This document shows, one piece after another, positions 49,851 to 64,000 of a stretch of DNA of 64,000 nucleotides (within the stretch, counting starts at the first letter, position 1; the number at the start of each line of letters is the position of its first letter). The notes below the pieces were generated by a model. The model saw nothing but the letters and a program-made list of their open reading frames with translations. It was not told the DNA's origin and searched no databases. The stretch spans positions 29,264,001 through 29,328,000 of the forward strand of contig OZ241827.1 of NCBI GenBank assembly GCA_965202585.1, written 5' to 3'. The stretch comes from Thalia democratica (Eukaryota). The position numbers and the translations under genes are program-made.

Positions 49851-52800
49851 TGATTTAATTGTATAAGTTGTATGAGTGTTTTTTTGCCGGTTTTAATTAA
49901 TGTGATTGAAAAAATTACGCTTTTAAGAAGTCTACAAAAACAGTTTTTATTAAGATATAGATAAACTATTATATATAAAATACATTTCTAAACTCAGTCA
50001 AAATCACAAGCAAATTGTTTTGAGATTTTCTTAAGCTTTCATCTAAATAAGTATTGAAAAAAAAAAATTATATTAAAATTCGACTAAGTTTTATTGATCC
50101 TCAAAATTTGTAAGTACTTCAGATTATATTTTATTGTCAGATAAATTGAATTTTCTAAATATTAAATTAAAAGTTTACTGAAACTAGATTAAAACTAACG
50201 CAAATTATGATATATCTAACAGTAAAACTTCGAAAATTGGATGTTCATATGAAATTAAAATTAACGTAATAAATTAATATTATGTTAAGTTTATTAGCTT
50301 AAACTAAACAAACTTATTTCTTACTTCCAGCAATTTTTTTAAAGTTTTATATCTTTAATGTCATTTAATTACATAATTTAATTTCACAAAGATGTGTAAA
50401 GTTCAATTTAAAAAAATGTATATAAATTACACTGATGACAAAATAAAAATAAACTTTAACAACTCTTTTTATTTTTATAAATTTTGCTTAATAAATATTT
50501 TAAAGATTTTACGAATAAAAATTTATATATAGTGTTAAAATTTTTATAGGTTTTTTCAAATCCTATGAAAATTAAAACGCCTAATTCTCAACTTTAGTAT
50601 GCAAGCTTATAAAAATTCAAGTTTTATTCAAAAAACAGTCAAGCTTTAAAAAAAAAACGTAAATTGGTACATTCTTATGTATATTTAAATTAAGCTGTTA
50701 TATTTTTAATTTTCTATGTACAAAATAAAATCAAAAATAAGAGTTTTTTATATCTAATGTAGAAAAAAAATCGAATAAATCGTTATTTAAAACGTAGAAA
50801 ACAAACGCCAAAGTTTTATTATAAACTTCTATACAGTACAGTTCGGCTATAAAGCTAAAATGCTTAAATACTTTTTAGTATTATTTCCAGTATTTATAAA
50901 TTACAGAAAGTTATATTTAAACATAATCTAGTTAAACTATTGTTAATAATTTTACGCGGATTTTTTTAGGCTGTAAGTTTTAACTATCATTAGTTGTTGG
51001 AAAAAAGTAAGTCCGAAAAAACTCAAAAACAGTTACTGTAAGCTTGATATAACAAATTTGCATAGATAATAAGACACTTTGATGAATATTACTTTGTGCA
51101 AACAAATTAGTATACGAAATTAACAAATACTATTTTTACAAAAACAAATTATTAAACTGCAAAATAAATTAGCGAATCAAAGTATATTTCCATTACGCTT
51201 TTTGTTTCTAAAGAAAAGGTATAAACGAAGTATGTTCTTGAGTTTTACAATTTTATTTAAGAAAGCTGACTTTTGTAGAGTGTTTTAAATAAGTTGGTTT
51301 ATACTTACTCATTATATGTATTGTTTTTGAATAACTCTAAATGTATATTTTGAAAAACAAATTGTTTTATCTGGTAGTTTTTAGATTTATAAAAAAGATA
51401 TTATAGAAAAGTTCTCAGGAGTTTGGTTTAAAAACTTTGAAATACTGGGTGTAGAAAGTGACTTTATGAATAAAACAGAACTTAACTTAATTAAAGAAGA
51501 TATTTTTTCATTTTTTCCTTGTTCAAATTTTTTTTAGTCAAACCTAAGTAATTTTATTTCGTTGAAGAAGTATTAAAAAAACTGATAATTTTTAAGTATT
51601 TGAATGCACTTATGATAATTATTAATTCTACTAATTAGGTCTTGAAGTTCAGACAAAATCAATTTAAAATATGTCTTTATGATAACACTTACTAAATTGT
51701 ATAGTAGTAAGATAATCTACAACTAACGAATATACTATGATCCACTCTCGTAACTTTAAACATGTTACTTGATCGTTAGTTTGACAAAAAATAACGTTAA
51801 CCAAAGCTACTTCTTACTTTTTTTATCTTATATTAGAATGCTATTTTTTCAAATACTAATAATGTTTTTAATATACTTTTTTAAATTTTTTTACTTGCGA
51901 TAAAAACTTGTAGTTGAGTTTTAAATAAAAATTTACGATGTCAGGTACTAGTTACGTGTTATGGTTTACTAATGAGAACTTTATGACCAATAAAACGCTA
52001 CATTCTATAGTATATAAATGTAATTATAGAATACAACTATCATTCTTAAAAACACGTTCTTATTAAACCAAATTGAATTGCATAAGAAAAAGTTTAATAA
52101 ATATCTTAGGACGACATCTTGAGGAGAAATAAAAATAATAACAAATGTTTTAAGTATACTGACAAATAAATCTAAACATCAAAGTTAATCCTACTTTCAG
52201 CACTTTTGATAACAATTTAAAGTAATGCTTATAAAAATACTTACTAGTTATAAAACTTCAAATGACAAAAGTTGTTTTTGATAATAAATTATCATTTTAT
52301 CATTAATAAAGTATTCAGTGATATCTATATAGAATATCCTGGACAAGAAGTTAAAAGGTATCCTTGGTGTACTACTCGATAATCGAAAGGTTCTTCGTGC
52401 ACTAGGTCCCAGGATCAAATATTTTGAACGTTTTTTTTTTGTCCTTCAATAAATCAAATCTTGTCCTATAGCAATTTCTATTTTGAGACTAAAGTATAAT
52501 TCATTATTATTAACTTTTTTTTATAGTTTATAGCAAAGTAATATTAAATAAGTTTGTATAAGTTGTTTTTAAAACTTACCATACCCTAAATCATGGTTTA
52601 TATAAAATCAAATTAAAGATTATCTGCGAAATTGATTCTTATTAATTCTTTCAGACAGTTTTAAATGAGATAAAAGTCAAGTTTAATTTTTTTATTTTTA
52701 AATCGAAAGCTGACAATAAAAACGAAAAAAAGTATATGTTTAAAAAAATGTTTTAGTTAATACAATAATCCTACATATTTTTAAGACTTTGAAAGAGTTT

Positions 52801-53312
52801 TCTTTTTATAATTTATTATTTGTAAAGGTTATAAAAAGTGTATAAGCTTTTATTTCTTTATAAAAATAAATACTTTTACTTAACTTGCTTTACTTTCATC
52901 CTAAGTGATGTGCAGTATTTTAAAATTAGTAGTAACGGTCAGTATTAAATTATCTGAAATAAAAGACTCGAGTTTTATTTACTCAACCTTAAACATAATA
53001 CTTAGTGTATTATAAAAATTTTAAAACGTTTTAACTAAAATATGTTCTTGAACTAGAATGGCAAATGATTCGAAGTTTTTTTTACGTGTTTATAACTAAA
53101 AATATATACATATATTAAAAGATTAATTTTAAAAAGTCTTTTCAATAGCCATAAATTTTAAACTTTTTTTTTTTAATCTTGATCTTTTGTGATTTAACAA
53201 ACTTTAAAATACTGTTTAACTTTAATTAATGATTAATAACTTTGTTAGGTTGCATTGTAAAAAAATTCAAAATTTCTAAAGAATACAATTAAAATACCTG
53301 TAACACTTAGGA

Positions 53313-53562
53313 TAGGGGTGGGCAGTTTCTTTAGTCGGTGGGCCGGACTTGTTAAAAAAAAGTTTGCGGGCCACCCTATCTAAAAAGCTGTACAACAAAA
53401 TTGTACTAAAAAAATCATGTTTCTACCACTACTATCAACTCAGAATTAAACTATCATTGAAATTACATTTACAAATATTTGTAATTAAAAAGCTTAATTT
53501 TATCTATTCAGTACAAGTTTTTTTTTTATAATGCTTTTCGGGCTATGCTTTACGCACCCCTA
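53313..53562. mobile_element. Non-autonomous hAT-type MITE (250 bp)
   Basis: TIR TAGGGGTGGG...CGCACCCCTA; 8-bp TSD ACTTAGGA/ACTTAGCA; GGGCC motifs. Confidence 0.82.
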
Positions 53563-56500
53563 ACTTAGCAACTAAAATTAAAACAAAAACACCACAAATA
53601 TAACTTTACCGTTTTTTTATTGTTCTAAACTTTTAATAAAAAGCTTAAATGATACTATCATTTTTAAACATAATAACAACTTTTAGTTAGATTAAAATTT
53701 ACAATTTTTAAGATCCGTATAAATTTTAACAGTTTTTATTTTTACTTTTATTTTAACCTTTAAAAACATTTTTTTTTTAGTCTTCATTTCTATGTAGAGA
53801 AAAATTTGTATAACAACTCAAACTTTTTTTAATTAATTTTTCTATTTAGATTCAAATAAATTGAAAAAACTACTTTATTCTGCAAACATTAAATGAGTAT
53901 CAAAGTATTTCAATAATAAAAAGTTTCAACAAATAAACAACAAATAATTAGTTTATACAAAACATTCAAGTTTTTTAAAAGTAAAAATTAAAATGTTAGT
54001 AAATGTAGAAGCATTTAGATTTAGTCTATTACGCTATAAAAACGTATTATTAAACAACTTTTTTAAATAATTGAAAGTAGGAAGTACAAAGTTTGTATAA
54101 ACTTTTGTTCGACAAATTTGTTTTTTAATAGAATTGAATTAAATTTAACTAGCATATTTTAGCTTTTATTTTAAAAAGATTTGTTATTTTTTACCCCAGT
54201 ACTGACAAAAATTTTGCACTAATTCTAGTTTATTACAATTTAACTATTTAGTTAGGTTTAGAACAAAAATAAGCTTGATCAGCTTTAGTTTTATTTTTAA
54301 CTTTTAGCTTAAAAACTTTTTTTCAAGAAACTAAAAAGGCAGTATAGATAAATAAGTTAAGCAGCTTGGGCTTTTAGAAACGAATACTTGAAGCTATTAT
54401 TCTAAATTTAAAATCTTAATTTGCAACTAAGCATTACGAACATGTTAAACATGGGTTTTTTAAAGCTAATTTCTGTGTTTTGTTTTAAAAACAAGAAATT
54501 TAACAAAAAAAATTACAATCAAAAACTTTATGAGAAGCCTTTTAAGCTACTAGAAAGTTTTGAAAGGTAAATTTTGTTAGTTTAGCTTCGAAAACAATGA
54601 ACTACTTAATTATTTTCATCATGCAATTTAAATTATGTCTTTTATATTTCTTAACCCATAAGAGTATTAAGTTATAAATAAACTCATACTATTGTGAAAT
54701 TTGTAAAAAGGATTAGAAAATTTAAACAAAATTAGCTTTGTATTTAAACTAAATATGAGCGTATAGCTATGACAATGAGTTTTTTGTACATTTTCGAGGA
54801 AGCAAAGTTATTTTTAAAACTTCATGCGTGTAAAAAAAGGCTGTTTTAATTTTCATTTATTAAAATTTTATAAAAGCCACATCAAGGGTATAACAGCTTT
54901 TCCAGCATATCAGTGGAGTTGCTGCAATCTTTGTAAGTAGTAAAAAAAATTGGATAAAGTTTTCTACGTGTCTAACAATCCAAGGATACAGACATACTTT
55001 TATGTCACATTTTTGACAAAGAACAATCTAAAATATTTCCGTAGTGTTGTGTGAAAAATAATTGATCGTTACGCAAGATTAGGATTGAAATTCCATTTTT
55101 AACCACCGTATCACGAGAGAGTGTAAATGAATATTTTTTAGTGTTCGACATACTAATTTTTGTACATTATTACAATAACAGATTACGTAATTTTGCTTTT
55201 GTTTAGTTTGGTTTTGCAATCGCATTAGTCTTATTTACGCTATTATCTTTCATTTGATAAACTATAAGTAATACAATTAAAGAATAATAATTCGTTACTT
55301 ACAATTCTTATACTTTTTCATTGTTCAAAAGCTATAGAATTACGTATTTTCAGCAATAGACTTATTAGTAACAATTAAATGATTCTATTATGGAGAAAAT
55401 AAGAAGCGTTACTAAACTATTTAAAACAGTCTTTGTATAGAAGTCTAAAATTGTGTTTTTATAAGTAGTAATTTTTTAAATAAAACTTCACAAAACTAAG
55501 AACAAAATCACATTTGAATATACCCTGGTCAAATGAGTTTCTACAGTTTACTCTGTTTCTTTGAAAAAAGTATTAAGTTCACAATTAATAAATATTTATA
55601 TTTAGAAAAAAATATATTCAGGTCATCGGAAATAAGTTTTAAAAGTTTTTATTACACTTTTTTTTAATACAGCATTATCGGACAAAAGGTTTATAGTGCA
55701 CTTTTTTTAATATTTGTGATATGAATCTTGATTTTTTAGATAGTCGTTAGTTTTAAAATAAGCTTAGAATAATAATTTTATAAAAAACACTAGTACTTTT
55801 ATGAGGCAAAGTATTTTTATTTCTACTAAAAGTTTTAAGAATTTAAAACATGAAACACAGCTTTACTTAAAACTTTAGTCATATATTATATCTTATATAA
55901 CAAACAAAAAACTATAATGAATTATTTCATAGTTTACGTCTTCTAGTTATTTTAGTTTATCCACAAATTTTTTCAAAAGTACTTGATGTTTGTAAAAAAC
56001 TAATGCTTATTACCATAATTTTCTTATAGGTTAGATAAAAAAATACAATTGTTTCAAAACAAATGTAACGTTTTTTTTTACATTAGGTTAGTTTTTTACT
56101 GACTTATTAATTAAATATTGAAAATTTTAATTAAAGACTCTATTTACATAAAACAATTATATTTAGTTTAATTAGACTTTCCTTTAGCTGTTATTTTTCA
56201 TTTTTAACTGTTCCTTTAACTTTTGTAGAAAGCACAATTTACTAGCAAAATTTACCACACTTGCGACCAAGTTTTTGAGTAGAATAAAATTATTTTTCAA
56301 GTTTATAATCTTTTGAAATTCATTTCAAAAAAAATAACTTCGACAAGGTGACGCTGTAACTTAAATTTTTTATTAGTTTTACCTTTTTAGTACGGACACT
56401 AATACTTAAAAACATGCCTAAATAATAATAATAAAAATGTATGTCAAAACTAACAACTTCATCTTATTATAATTTTTTGGAAAAACTAATCTTTATATTT

Positions 56501-59500
56501 AAACTTTTTTACAAAGTATTATCTTTTTTGTTAGTGGTGCATTCATAACAAATTATATAAAGATTTTACAAAATACAAAATTTGGTATAACTATTATAGT
56601 CCCTATTATAATAAAATCATAAAATAATAATAAATCATAAATACTTTTACTTTTATCATTACTATTGTTAACTAAGGCTAACGTTGACCCCGATATCAAA
56701 ACTTTAGTCACTAAAACAAAAGGAAAAAATAATAATTTAAAAAAAGTTTTTATCTCTTACATAAGGTATGTATTTAGCTTATAAAAGTAGTAGGTTATTC
56801 TTTAATTAAAAACTGAAATAAGGGATAAATATTTAAACGAAAACTTAGTATAAAAGAGCATAGCATATTTCAAAAAATAAATTTTTATACGAAAAAACCC
56901 ATAATAAACTCAGCTAAAGAAATATAAAAATAATAAACTAGTCAAATATAAATATAGTAAAAATAACTTTTAGCTTTAAGTATAAAAATGTTTATTTAAA
57001 CAACTTTATAAAATAACAATTTTTTTTATCGAGAAAGTTTTTTAGGAAAAATATAAACGCTAACAGTAAGAAAACATAAGCAGTAGCTCAATTGAAACAT
57101 AGCTTAACTGTCTAAATTTTTTATAACTTACTTTTTGTGTTCTTATTGAGTTTTATTGACAACCATTTTATCTAAATTAAGTTTTAAAGTCTTAAACAAA
57201 AGTTCTCTACAATTTGATCAAAAACTATTTCCTGGTATAAATTGTCCATAAAGTCATTGCTCTATAAAAAAAGAATTATGCCACTGACCGTTATTAAACT
57301 CATGTTTCCATTTTATTTTCTACTACTTTCTCTTGAATTAAAATATTTTGAAAAAAAAATATTTTGCGTATCTTTGTAAGTTTTAAGTGAGTTATCAATT
57401 CAAATTATTTTAATCTAAACACTAAATAAAAATATTTCTTTTTTTTTAAGAGATTGCTGTTATATGTTATATTTTCTAAATCAATGACACTTCAATGTTT
57501 GTTTTTATAAATTTTATGGTGTTTTGTAATTTGTTCAATTTATTGAAATACCTACTGATATTGCTTTTTGCTGGTTCAAAGTTTTTTCTTTGTACGAGCG
57601 TAAAGTTGAGTTAACACCTAAAAATTTTGAAACTTCTACCTTAGATAGTTATTGTATTGATAAAATTAATGTTATTAATATTCTCTAATAAAAATAACAG
57701 ATTTTAGTTTGTTTTGTTGTCTTTCATGATATGCGTTCGATTGTTTTAACAAGTTTAAATAGCCAATATTCTTTTTGCTGAACAACTTAAACTTTTAAAA
57801 AGTAAAAACAATAACTAAAAAATTACAGAACTTTAGTGTTTTTTACAAAGAATAAACTGGAATTAAAATATAAGCATATGTATGAAGATGTGTATAATTT
57901 GATATAAAAAGTTTAAAATCTGAAAATTTTTTTCAAAAGTAAAAATTATAACTTATCTGGTAAACCGCGTTGTCGATTTAAAAATGTTTTATCAGATCGA
58001 AAACATTTTTTTTAAATGATTGTTTAGTAATTTATCAAGCTAAAATAGAATTATTTTTTTAATTTTTGAAAACTGTTTAAAGTAAAAAAAATAAAGTTTT
58101 TGAAATTAAATAAGTTATTTTGCAAAAACCTAAAACAAATACACAAGACTTATTTTAAACTTTTGCTTTATAAGTTCATAAAAAACAATAGAAATTGTTA
58201 TTGTTTAAATAAAACACAAATTTATAATTTTAAAATTAATTTGTTTGTCATTTTGAAAAAAATTTCATTCAAATTCTATTACGCCTGGAAAAAAGAATTT
58301 TTTTTATCTGTATACCTTTACAAAATAATATTGAAAAGGGTACAACATTATAGCCTAAAACCCCATAAAACAATTTTGATACGCAAAAAAAACACAAGTT
58401 GTTGCAAAATTTCAAATTAAAAGGCTTCTTTATTACTGCTTTATTTAAACACTCAATTGTATGCAAAAACTAGGTAGCTATTACATTTTTCTTATTAAAA
58501 GTCTATATAAAGTAGCAAAAGTTCATTAGATTAAAATTGTTAAGGAAGTTGTAGAAAGTAGTAAACAAGGTAATTTTTCATGATGTACATTTACAAAACT
58601 GAAATGAATGTTTTTCATCTCTACCAGCTACGACATTAGAGTCTTTTTAATTAACAAAAAGAAATCTGCTTTGTTTGTCATTTATTCGTTAATTTTTGAG
58701 ACTAAAACGCAACTAAATAGAACATTTGTTGACCTTACTATTATTTTCTATCAAAAAAAATGTTTTCCTGATGATAGTTTAATCAAAACTAAATGTCAGA
58801 AAGTAAGTTGATGATTGTAGTTTTTTAAAATGCTGTTTCAAATTTATAAACAGTGAAGTTTGTTTTATGTTTTTATAGTTTAAAACGGAAAATAAAAGTG
58901 TTAAACGCTAGTAAAAAATGATTGCAACTTAACACTTTTAATTAACCTTAGTCTTTTTTAATTTTACGTTTACTCCAAAAAGTTTTTAAAAGGATGTCTA
59001 CTTACAATTTAAATATTGTTTCAAAAGCTTAATTGTTAAAATAGGCTTGTACGCGGAAATTTGTGTAATTGGATTTAAATTTTTTTTATAAGATGTCATT
59101 TTTAACTAAACAAGCTCGTATGCAAACTTCAAGCATGTGACAACAAGCAAATAAGACTTGAACACAACTACTTTCATGTTAACATGACCCTGGAGACTGT
59201 CGTTTAAAACAATGAAAGTTTTAATTCCCTAACTGCTTGAACTCATTGAAAAGTCCTAGTCGAAGCAAAAATTAATTAAAGGTTTCGGGCAGCAGTTATC
59301 CATCGTAAACACGTACTTTACCTTGTTTAAAGAAACGAAAATGATGGAATACCCTTTTTGGCCTGAGCTTGTTGATGGTGTTTTGTTGTAATCAGCTTCT
59401 AATGAGTCTGTTCTTTGATAATAAGCCATTAAGATTGATTGATGATAATCACTTCCTTTTTTGCTTTTGCTGTATATTTTGCGTTAGAAACATATTAAAA

Positions 59501-59641
59501 GAGTTTTGAATCAATTTTGATTACTTGCTTAAAAAAAACTAAGCAAAGGAGCCTTAATAAAAAAATGGCTTGATATGAAAATGTTTAGGTCAGTGTTTTT
59601 TTTTATGGAGATATAGCTTATGTCATTATTGATCATATATC

Positions 59642-59657
59642 TATATATATATATATA
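59642..59657. repeat. (TA)8 microsatellite
   Basis: Direct reading. Confidence 0.85.
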
Positions 59658-61285
59658 GCTAACATTATTAATATATAAAGATTTGTTTTAGCTCCTACAA
59701 ACTTTTTTGATTTATTATTATTTATTATATAGGCTTGCCTTAAGTACGACGTACGTTTTTAAAACGTTAAAAATTATAAAACTGTAAATTAGGAAAGGAA
59801 TTCGGTCTTATCTGACTCACAAGCACTTTAAAGCGCAAAAGGAAGCCAGTTTATCTTTTAAAGGCCACACTGCTAGCCAACTTTGCTCTAATCTTTGTTC
59901 GGAAGCGGTGACCTCTGCGCGACAGTTGCACGTCGTTGCAAGAGCAAAGAATGACGATTCTGCCAAAAGAAACTAATTGAAATCAAAATAAATTAATCGT
60001 GTCGCCCTACCTACAAATTTGTTTGCACAAAGACTTTAGCACGTTTTTTGTTCTTTTTTAATGTATTTTTGAGAGTTTTAATTGCAACTGCTTTATTGTA
60101 TGCATTTTAACACAATGGTATGTACTTATTGATGAACATGAAGCTTTTAAATTTATAAATAGCCCAATTTCTAAGCATGATTTTAACATTAAAAAATAAA
60201 AATCCATTTTTACAAAACAAGTGTTAATTACTATTTGTAAAAAGTTGGTACGTATTAGAATTACAAAAGCTTACTAACTTTTATATGAGCATAAGGTATC
60301 TTTTTAATTGTACGGTATATTGTAACGATTTAACTAAGTTTGCGGTTATGTTAGAACAAAACGAAAACATTTTATAGTAACTTATACTTTTCTCCTTTGT
60401 TATATGAAAATAATCAGAGAAGCGATTTATTTTACATGGCGTGTTTTGACCTTAATCTGAAATTTTCCGACTACTAAAGTCACTGTACTCTAAGCACGGT
60501 ATCAAAAAGACAATGACACAATTGTGTATTGTTTAAGTATACAGTTGTATACAGCAATTGTTTTCAAAGCATTATAAAACCAAATTTAAAATTAATAAAT
60601 ACAGTTATTGTAGCTAAATACTATCCTTAAGCATAAGTAAGCTAATAAAATTTTTTTACAAATAAGCAATTGAATATAGTTTCAAAAGATTAATAAAAGA
60701 AAGTTTGAGTTACTAGAAAAAATTATATTCGTGAGAAAAGCAAACTTTGTTTCAGCTGTTTGGAGCAGATTTGGCGAATTAATGTTTGTTATCCACAGTA
60801 GATATTGACTCGAACTCATGAGCTAATCAGCACGGCTCCTCCAAGTCTATGAGAAATGGAAAGTCAACTGTACATCAAACATTTAATTAGCAGTTTTACT
60901 AGCCACACACACACATGTGTGTTTGTATTTCTCTCGAGTCAGTTTCTTATAGAAGGAAACTAGCTGTTAATTACATCTTTCGATTTTATAAATTAATTTT
61001 TTTTTTTAATTTAATACTAAAACTTGTGTTGGTTCAAAAATATTGCTTAAAGTAAAAGATGAATATTAAACTTCATGATTTTGTTAATCTATTAATGATA
61101 TACATTTGGTAATATTGATAAATTCAAAGTAAAAACAATTTTATATGTTTATGTTTCTGTAAAATAATGACTACTATAATAAACAACTAAAAATCATAAT
61201 TAATTTTATACTAAAAACTTTAGAAGCAACATAATTTTACTACGGGTCTCAATAAATAAAAAATTAAGTTCTACCAATAAATAAC

Positions 61286-61375
61286 AATGTATCCTGTAAC
61301 ATACTTGTAACACTTTCTTCTTTGACTATATATACTATAAAAAGAAAGTGTTACAACTATGTTACACAATACATT
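61286..61375. repeat. Hairpin: 34-bp imperfect inverted repeat with a ~22-nt loop
   Basis: AATGTATccTGTAACATAcTTGTAACACTTTCTT versus the reverse complement of 61342-61375; 3 mismatches. Confidence 0.85.
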
Positions 61376-62914
61376 AACATTTAGTGGTGGTATTTAGTTC
61401 TTTATTAATTGAAACTCGTAGAATAAACTTTATTTATTTTCTCTTTAGATAAACTTATTAAATATTTTTTTTGTAATCTACCCTTTAAAACATTATTTAT
61501 TTAATAATAATTCTTAAGTTCTTCTACTTACTTAAAAACTAACTTTTGTGATACCAAATTAGAAATATTTTTCTAAGTAGTATTTTTAGTACATAGACAA
61601 GTAAATACGAAAGTGTTAACAGTTTAAGTAGAACTTTGATGAGGTTAGGAAGTATATTTACATATAAGTACTTTTTGAAATATTTTCTGATATAGACAAC
61701 ACTTTTTTGTTTAACTATTTTAAGTTATTCAACTTAACAAGGCAACTTAGTTATTTCTTTAAGTTTCACAGTTTAATAGTATTGATAGATACTATTAAAC
61801 TAGATAATAGTATTGATTTATATAAACATTAATATCAAATTGATAAATACAGCTTACTTATTTTATTTATTACCAAACACTCAAGATTACTTTTTAAAAC
61901 ATATGCCGTTTTTACTAACTGTTGTATTTATTCACATAATATGTTTACTTCATGGTATAAGATTTAGCCTTAAAAATAACATTTATGTCAAAATACTCTA
62001 GTAGAGTGAAAATTTACACATTTACGGCAAGTATCTTAGATGTAAGTTAAATGTAAATCCACTTAAACACATACAACTTACACAAGTTTGCTCTTCTTAC
62101 ACATACGCTTTTCTCAAGGCCACTATTGCAATACAAACTTGGCTTGCGTCATGCAGTGAGTTTGTACGCTTTTCCTGTTTTCGTTTTTTTATTAGGCCAT
62201 CTTTTTTCACTCCCGTTTCGTGCAATGCAGTTTGTTGCCCAGGGAAAAAAAAGTTGTAATCGGATGACAATCTCACCTCAAAACCTGTTACATACTATAT
62301 CACCGACTTTGAAGAGCAGCTTTGTGTACAAACACAGAACGCTACCGCATTATTCCTCAGCTGCTAATATTTTTCTTTGTACTTTTGTCGCAGGTAAACA
62401 TGTTGCAAATTAAGTCGCAATTTAAAATCATTGGCCGTTTGTTAAAGTTTTTTGGGCAGGAATTAAAAATAAGAACATAGGTTTTTAATACCACTTGTTT
62501 ATTTTATATAAAGAACAAGCAAAATTAATGACTTAAAAATTAGCACAATTAAAGAATTTTTGTATATTCATTAAGAAAAGGGAGATTTTAGTTTTTGTAA
62601 AATTATTAACAACTATGTTTCTTTAAAATTTCACGACACGTCTTATCAGTGTGAGTTATAAATACTTATACATAAAAGTATTTTTCAAATCTATTTAGTT
62701 TTTATTATAAACATGTATTTGGTTTTTATTGTCTTTCAAATAACAATCTCTACTGCTCGATGATTTAATTTTTAAAACAATAGCCATAATTTCAAGTTGC
62801 CACTTGCTGTCGCGCAAGAGGGCGTAATTTTCGTAACTTTTTCTTTCACTTCGCTCGTTTCTAACTTTCGCCCGTTCGAGCCTGCGATCGACGACTTATT
62901 TGCTTTTTTTTCAG

Positions 62915-63111
62915 TGTGGAAGACAGCAAACGTGTGTGTTGAAAGGTTGGAAAAAAGTTTTGCATTTTTGTTTATTAGCTTGGTTTGCAAGGTAGAGTAA
63001 ACAGCAGTCTGTGAAATTTGTTAAAAATAAGATATTAGTTAAGTAGCTCGTTGTCAGATTTTTTATTGACGGTTTGTTAGGCGGCTTCTTCTAATGTAAA
63101 ATTGAAACACG
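62915..63111 (+). other. Candidate non-coding exon of a divergent plus-strand transcript
   Basis: CTAAC branch-like motif, T-tract and CAG acceptor at 62914; CG|GTAAGC donor at 63112; upstream CAG|GTAAAC donor at 62394; CpG-rich flanks. Confidence 0.3.
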
Positions 63112-64000
63112 GTAAGCGGCGTGTGAGAAGTGATTACAAAGCGGATTATAAAAGCACACGGAATTATAGAAGAGAGGAGCTTATCAATCACTGTTCGGTT
63201 ACGCACTTTTAAATTTTTCATTTCTAAATTGAATAGTAGAACCAAGGGTCTTTGTATTTACTTTATGAGTTCTTAATTTGAAGAAGCAAACTTTTTAAGT
63301 TTTTACAGAAACTTTAGCTAAAGCTCTCTTATTTTTGTTTAGTAAAAGGGTTTTTGTTGCGCATATTTACATTTTGACAGCTTATATTTTTACAAACATA
63401 TCACCCTAACTTTAGTTTTTTTTACAAAGAACAAATTTACAAACTAAATAATAAAAGTTATATATTTTTATAACCTTTAAATATTTTTTTTTCTTTTACG
63501 AAATAAACTACTTACAATCGTCAAACAAAACTTCGTTATGTATACTGCTTTTAAACTTTTGTTAGTTTTAGTTATTCAAAAACTTTTTGTATGATACAAA
63601 CTAGAAGAAAATTTTTGACTATATAATTCCGTTAACTATAGATACTTATTTGCATTTATTTTATTAAAAAAAACGTTTATAAATAGTACCAAAGATCCAT
63701 AAATAAAATAATTAAAAATCAAAATAGTTTTAGTTAATTAATGCGTAATAATATTTGTTTTCTTCAATTTTTCGTCTCTTAATTTATTTTAAATACTTTA
63801 CAGACTAAGCTTATTTTATAAAAGTTTAACATGACTCAGTCAAAAAAATAAAGTTTATAGTTGCTAAAATAAAGTTGCTAAGTTTAGCTTATTTGTTTAT
63901 ATAACTGAATTTTTTTTCGATTTTTTTTTGTTTATTTTTGATTATGCAAATAGGAATATCGATTAACTTTATTGCTACAGACACCTGCTAAGTTCGATTA

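Noticed and set aside
52336-52430. Short frame ILDKKLKGILGVLLDNRKV resembling the LINE RT LGV..D motif, with a short ATCCTGG inverted repeat
   Set aside because: Too short and without other RT motifs; cannot be supported without a profile search
59106-59177. Minus-strand small ORF MKVVVFKSYLLVVTCLKFAYELV resembling a signal peptide
   Set aside because: It ends in a stop with no good donor, and a much better phase-compatible signal exon exists at 49079-49147
1-64000. tRNA, rRNA, snoRNA, CRISPR or prokaryotic systems; non-canonical introns or an altered genetic code
   Set aside because: None seen. All 54 inferred introns are GT-AG and the spliced frame is open under the standard code.

Overview
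AT-rich eukaryotic (unidentified invertebrate animal) genomic DNA. It is dominated by one large multi-exon minus-strand gene, a perlecan/HSPG2 (UNC-52/Trol family) orthologue. I assembled 55 coding exons by hand from the ATG at 49147 down to 272. All introns are GT-AG and all phases are compatible, giving 8220 nt or about 2740 codons, and the gene runs off the left edge. Domain order: signal peptide; basic prosegment and acidic Ser-Gly GAG-attachment region; SEA; Thr-rich spacer; 3 LDLa; 1 Ig; 3 laminin-B (L4) domains with laminin-EGF repeats; then at least 11 Ig domains. The introns and the ~14 kb upstream region hold three hAT-type MITEs with TIRs and 8-bp TSDs, microsatellites, a 53-bp inverted repeat with a hammerhead-like core, a 90-nt hairpin and several enhancer-like blocks. 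The best second-look items are a possible truncated isoform with an RBFOX-motif cluster after Ig2, an in-frame 30-nt cassette microexon, the hammerhead/Penelope-like inverted repeat, an unusually relaxed splice-donor consensus and strong mid-exon GC3 peaks. I found no convincing wholly new system. There are no tRNA, rRNA or CRISPR features. Apart from ORFs overlapping the exons, the supplied ORF track is mostly noise.
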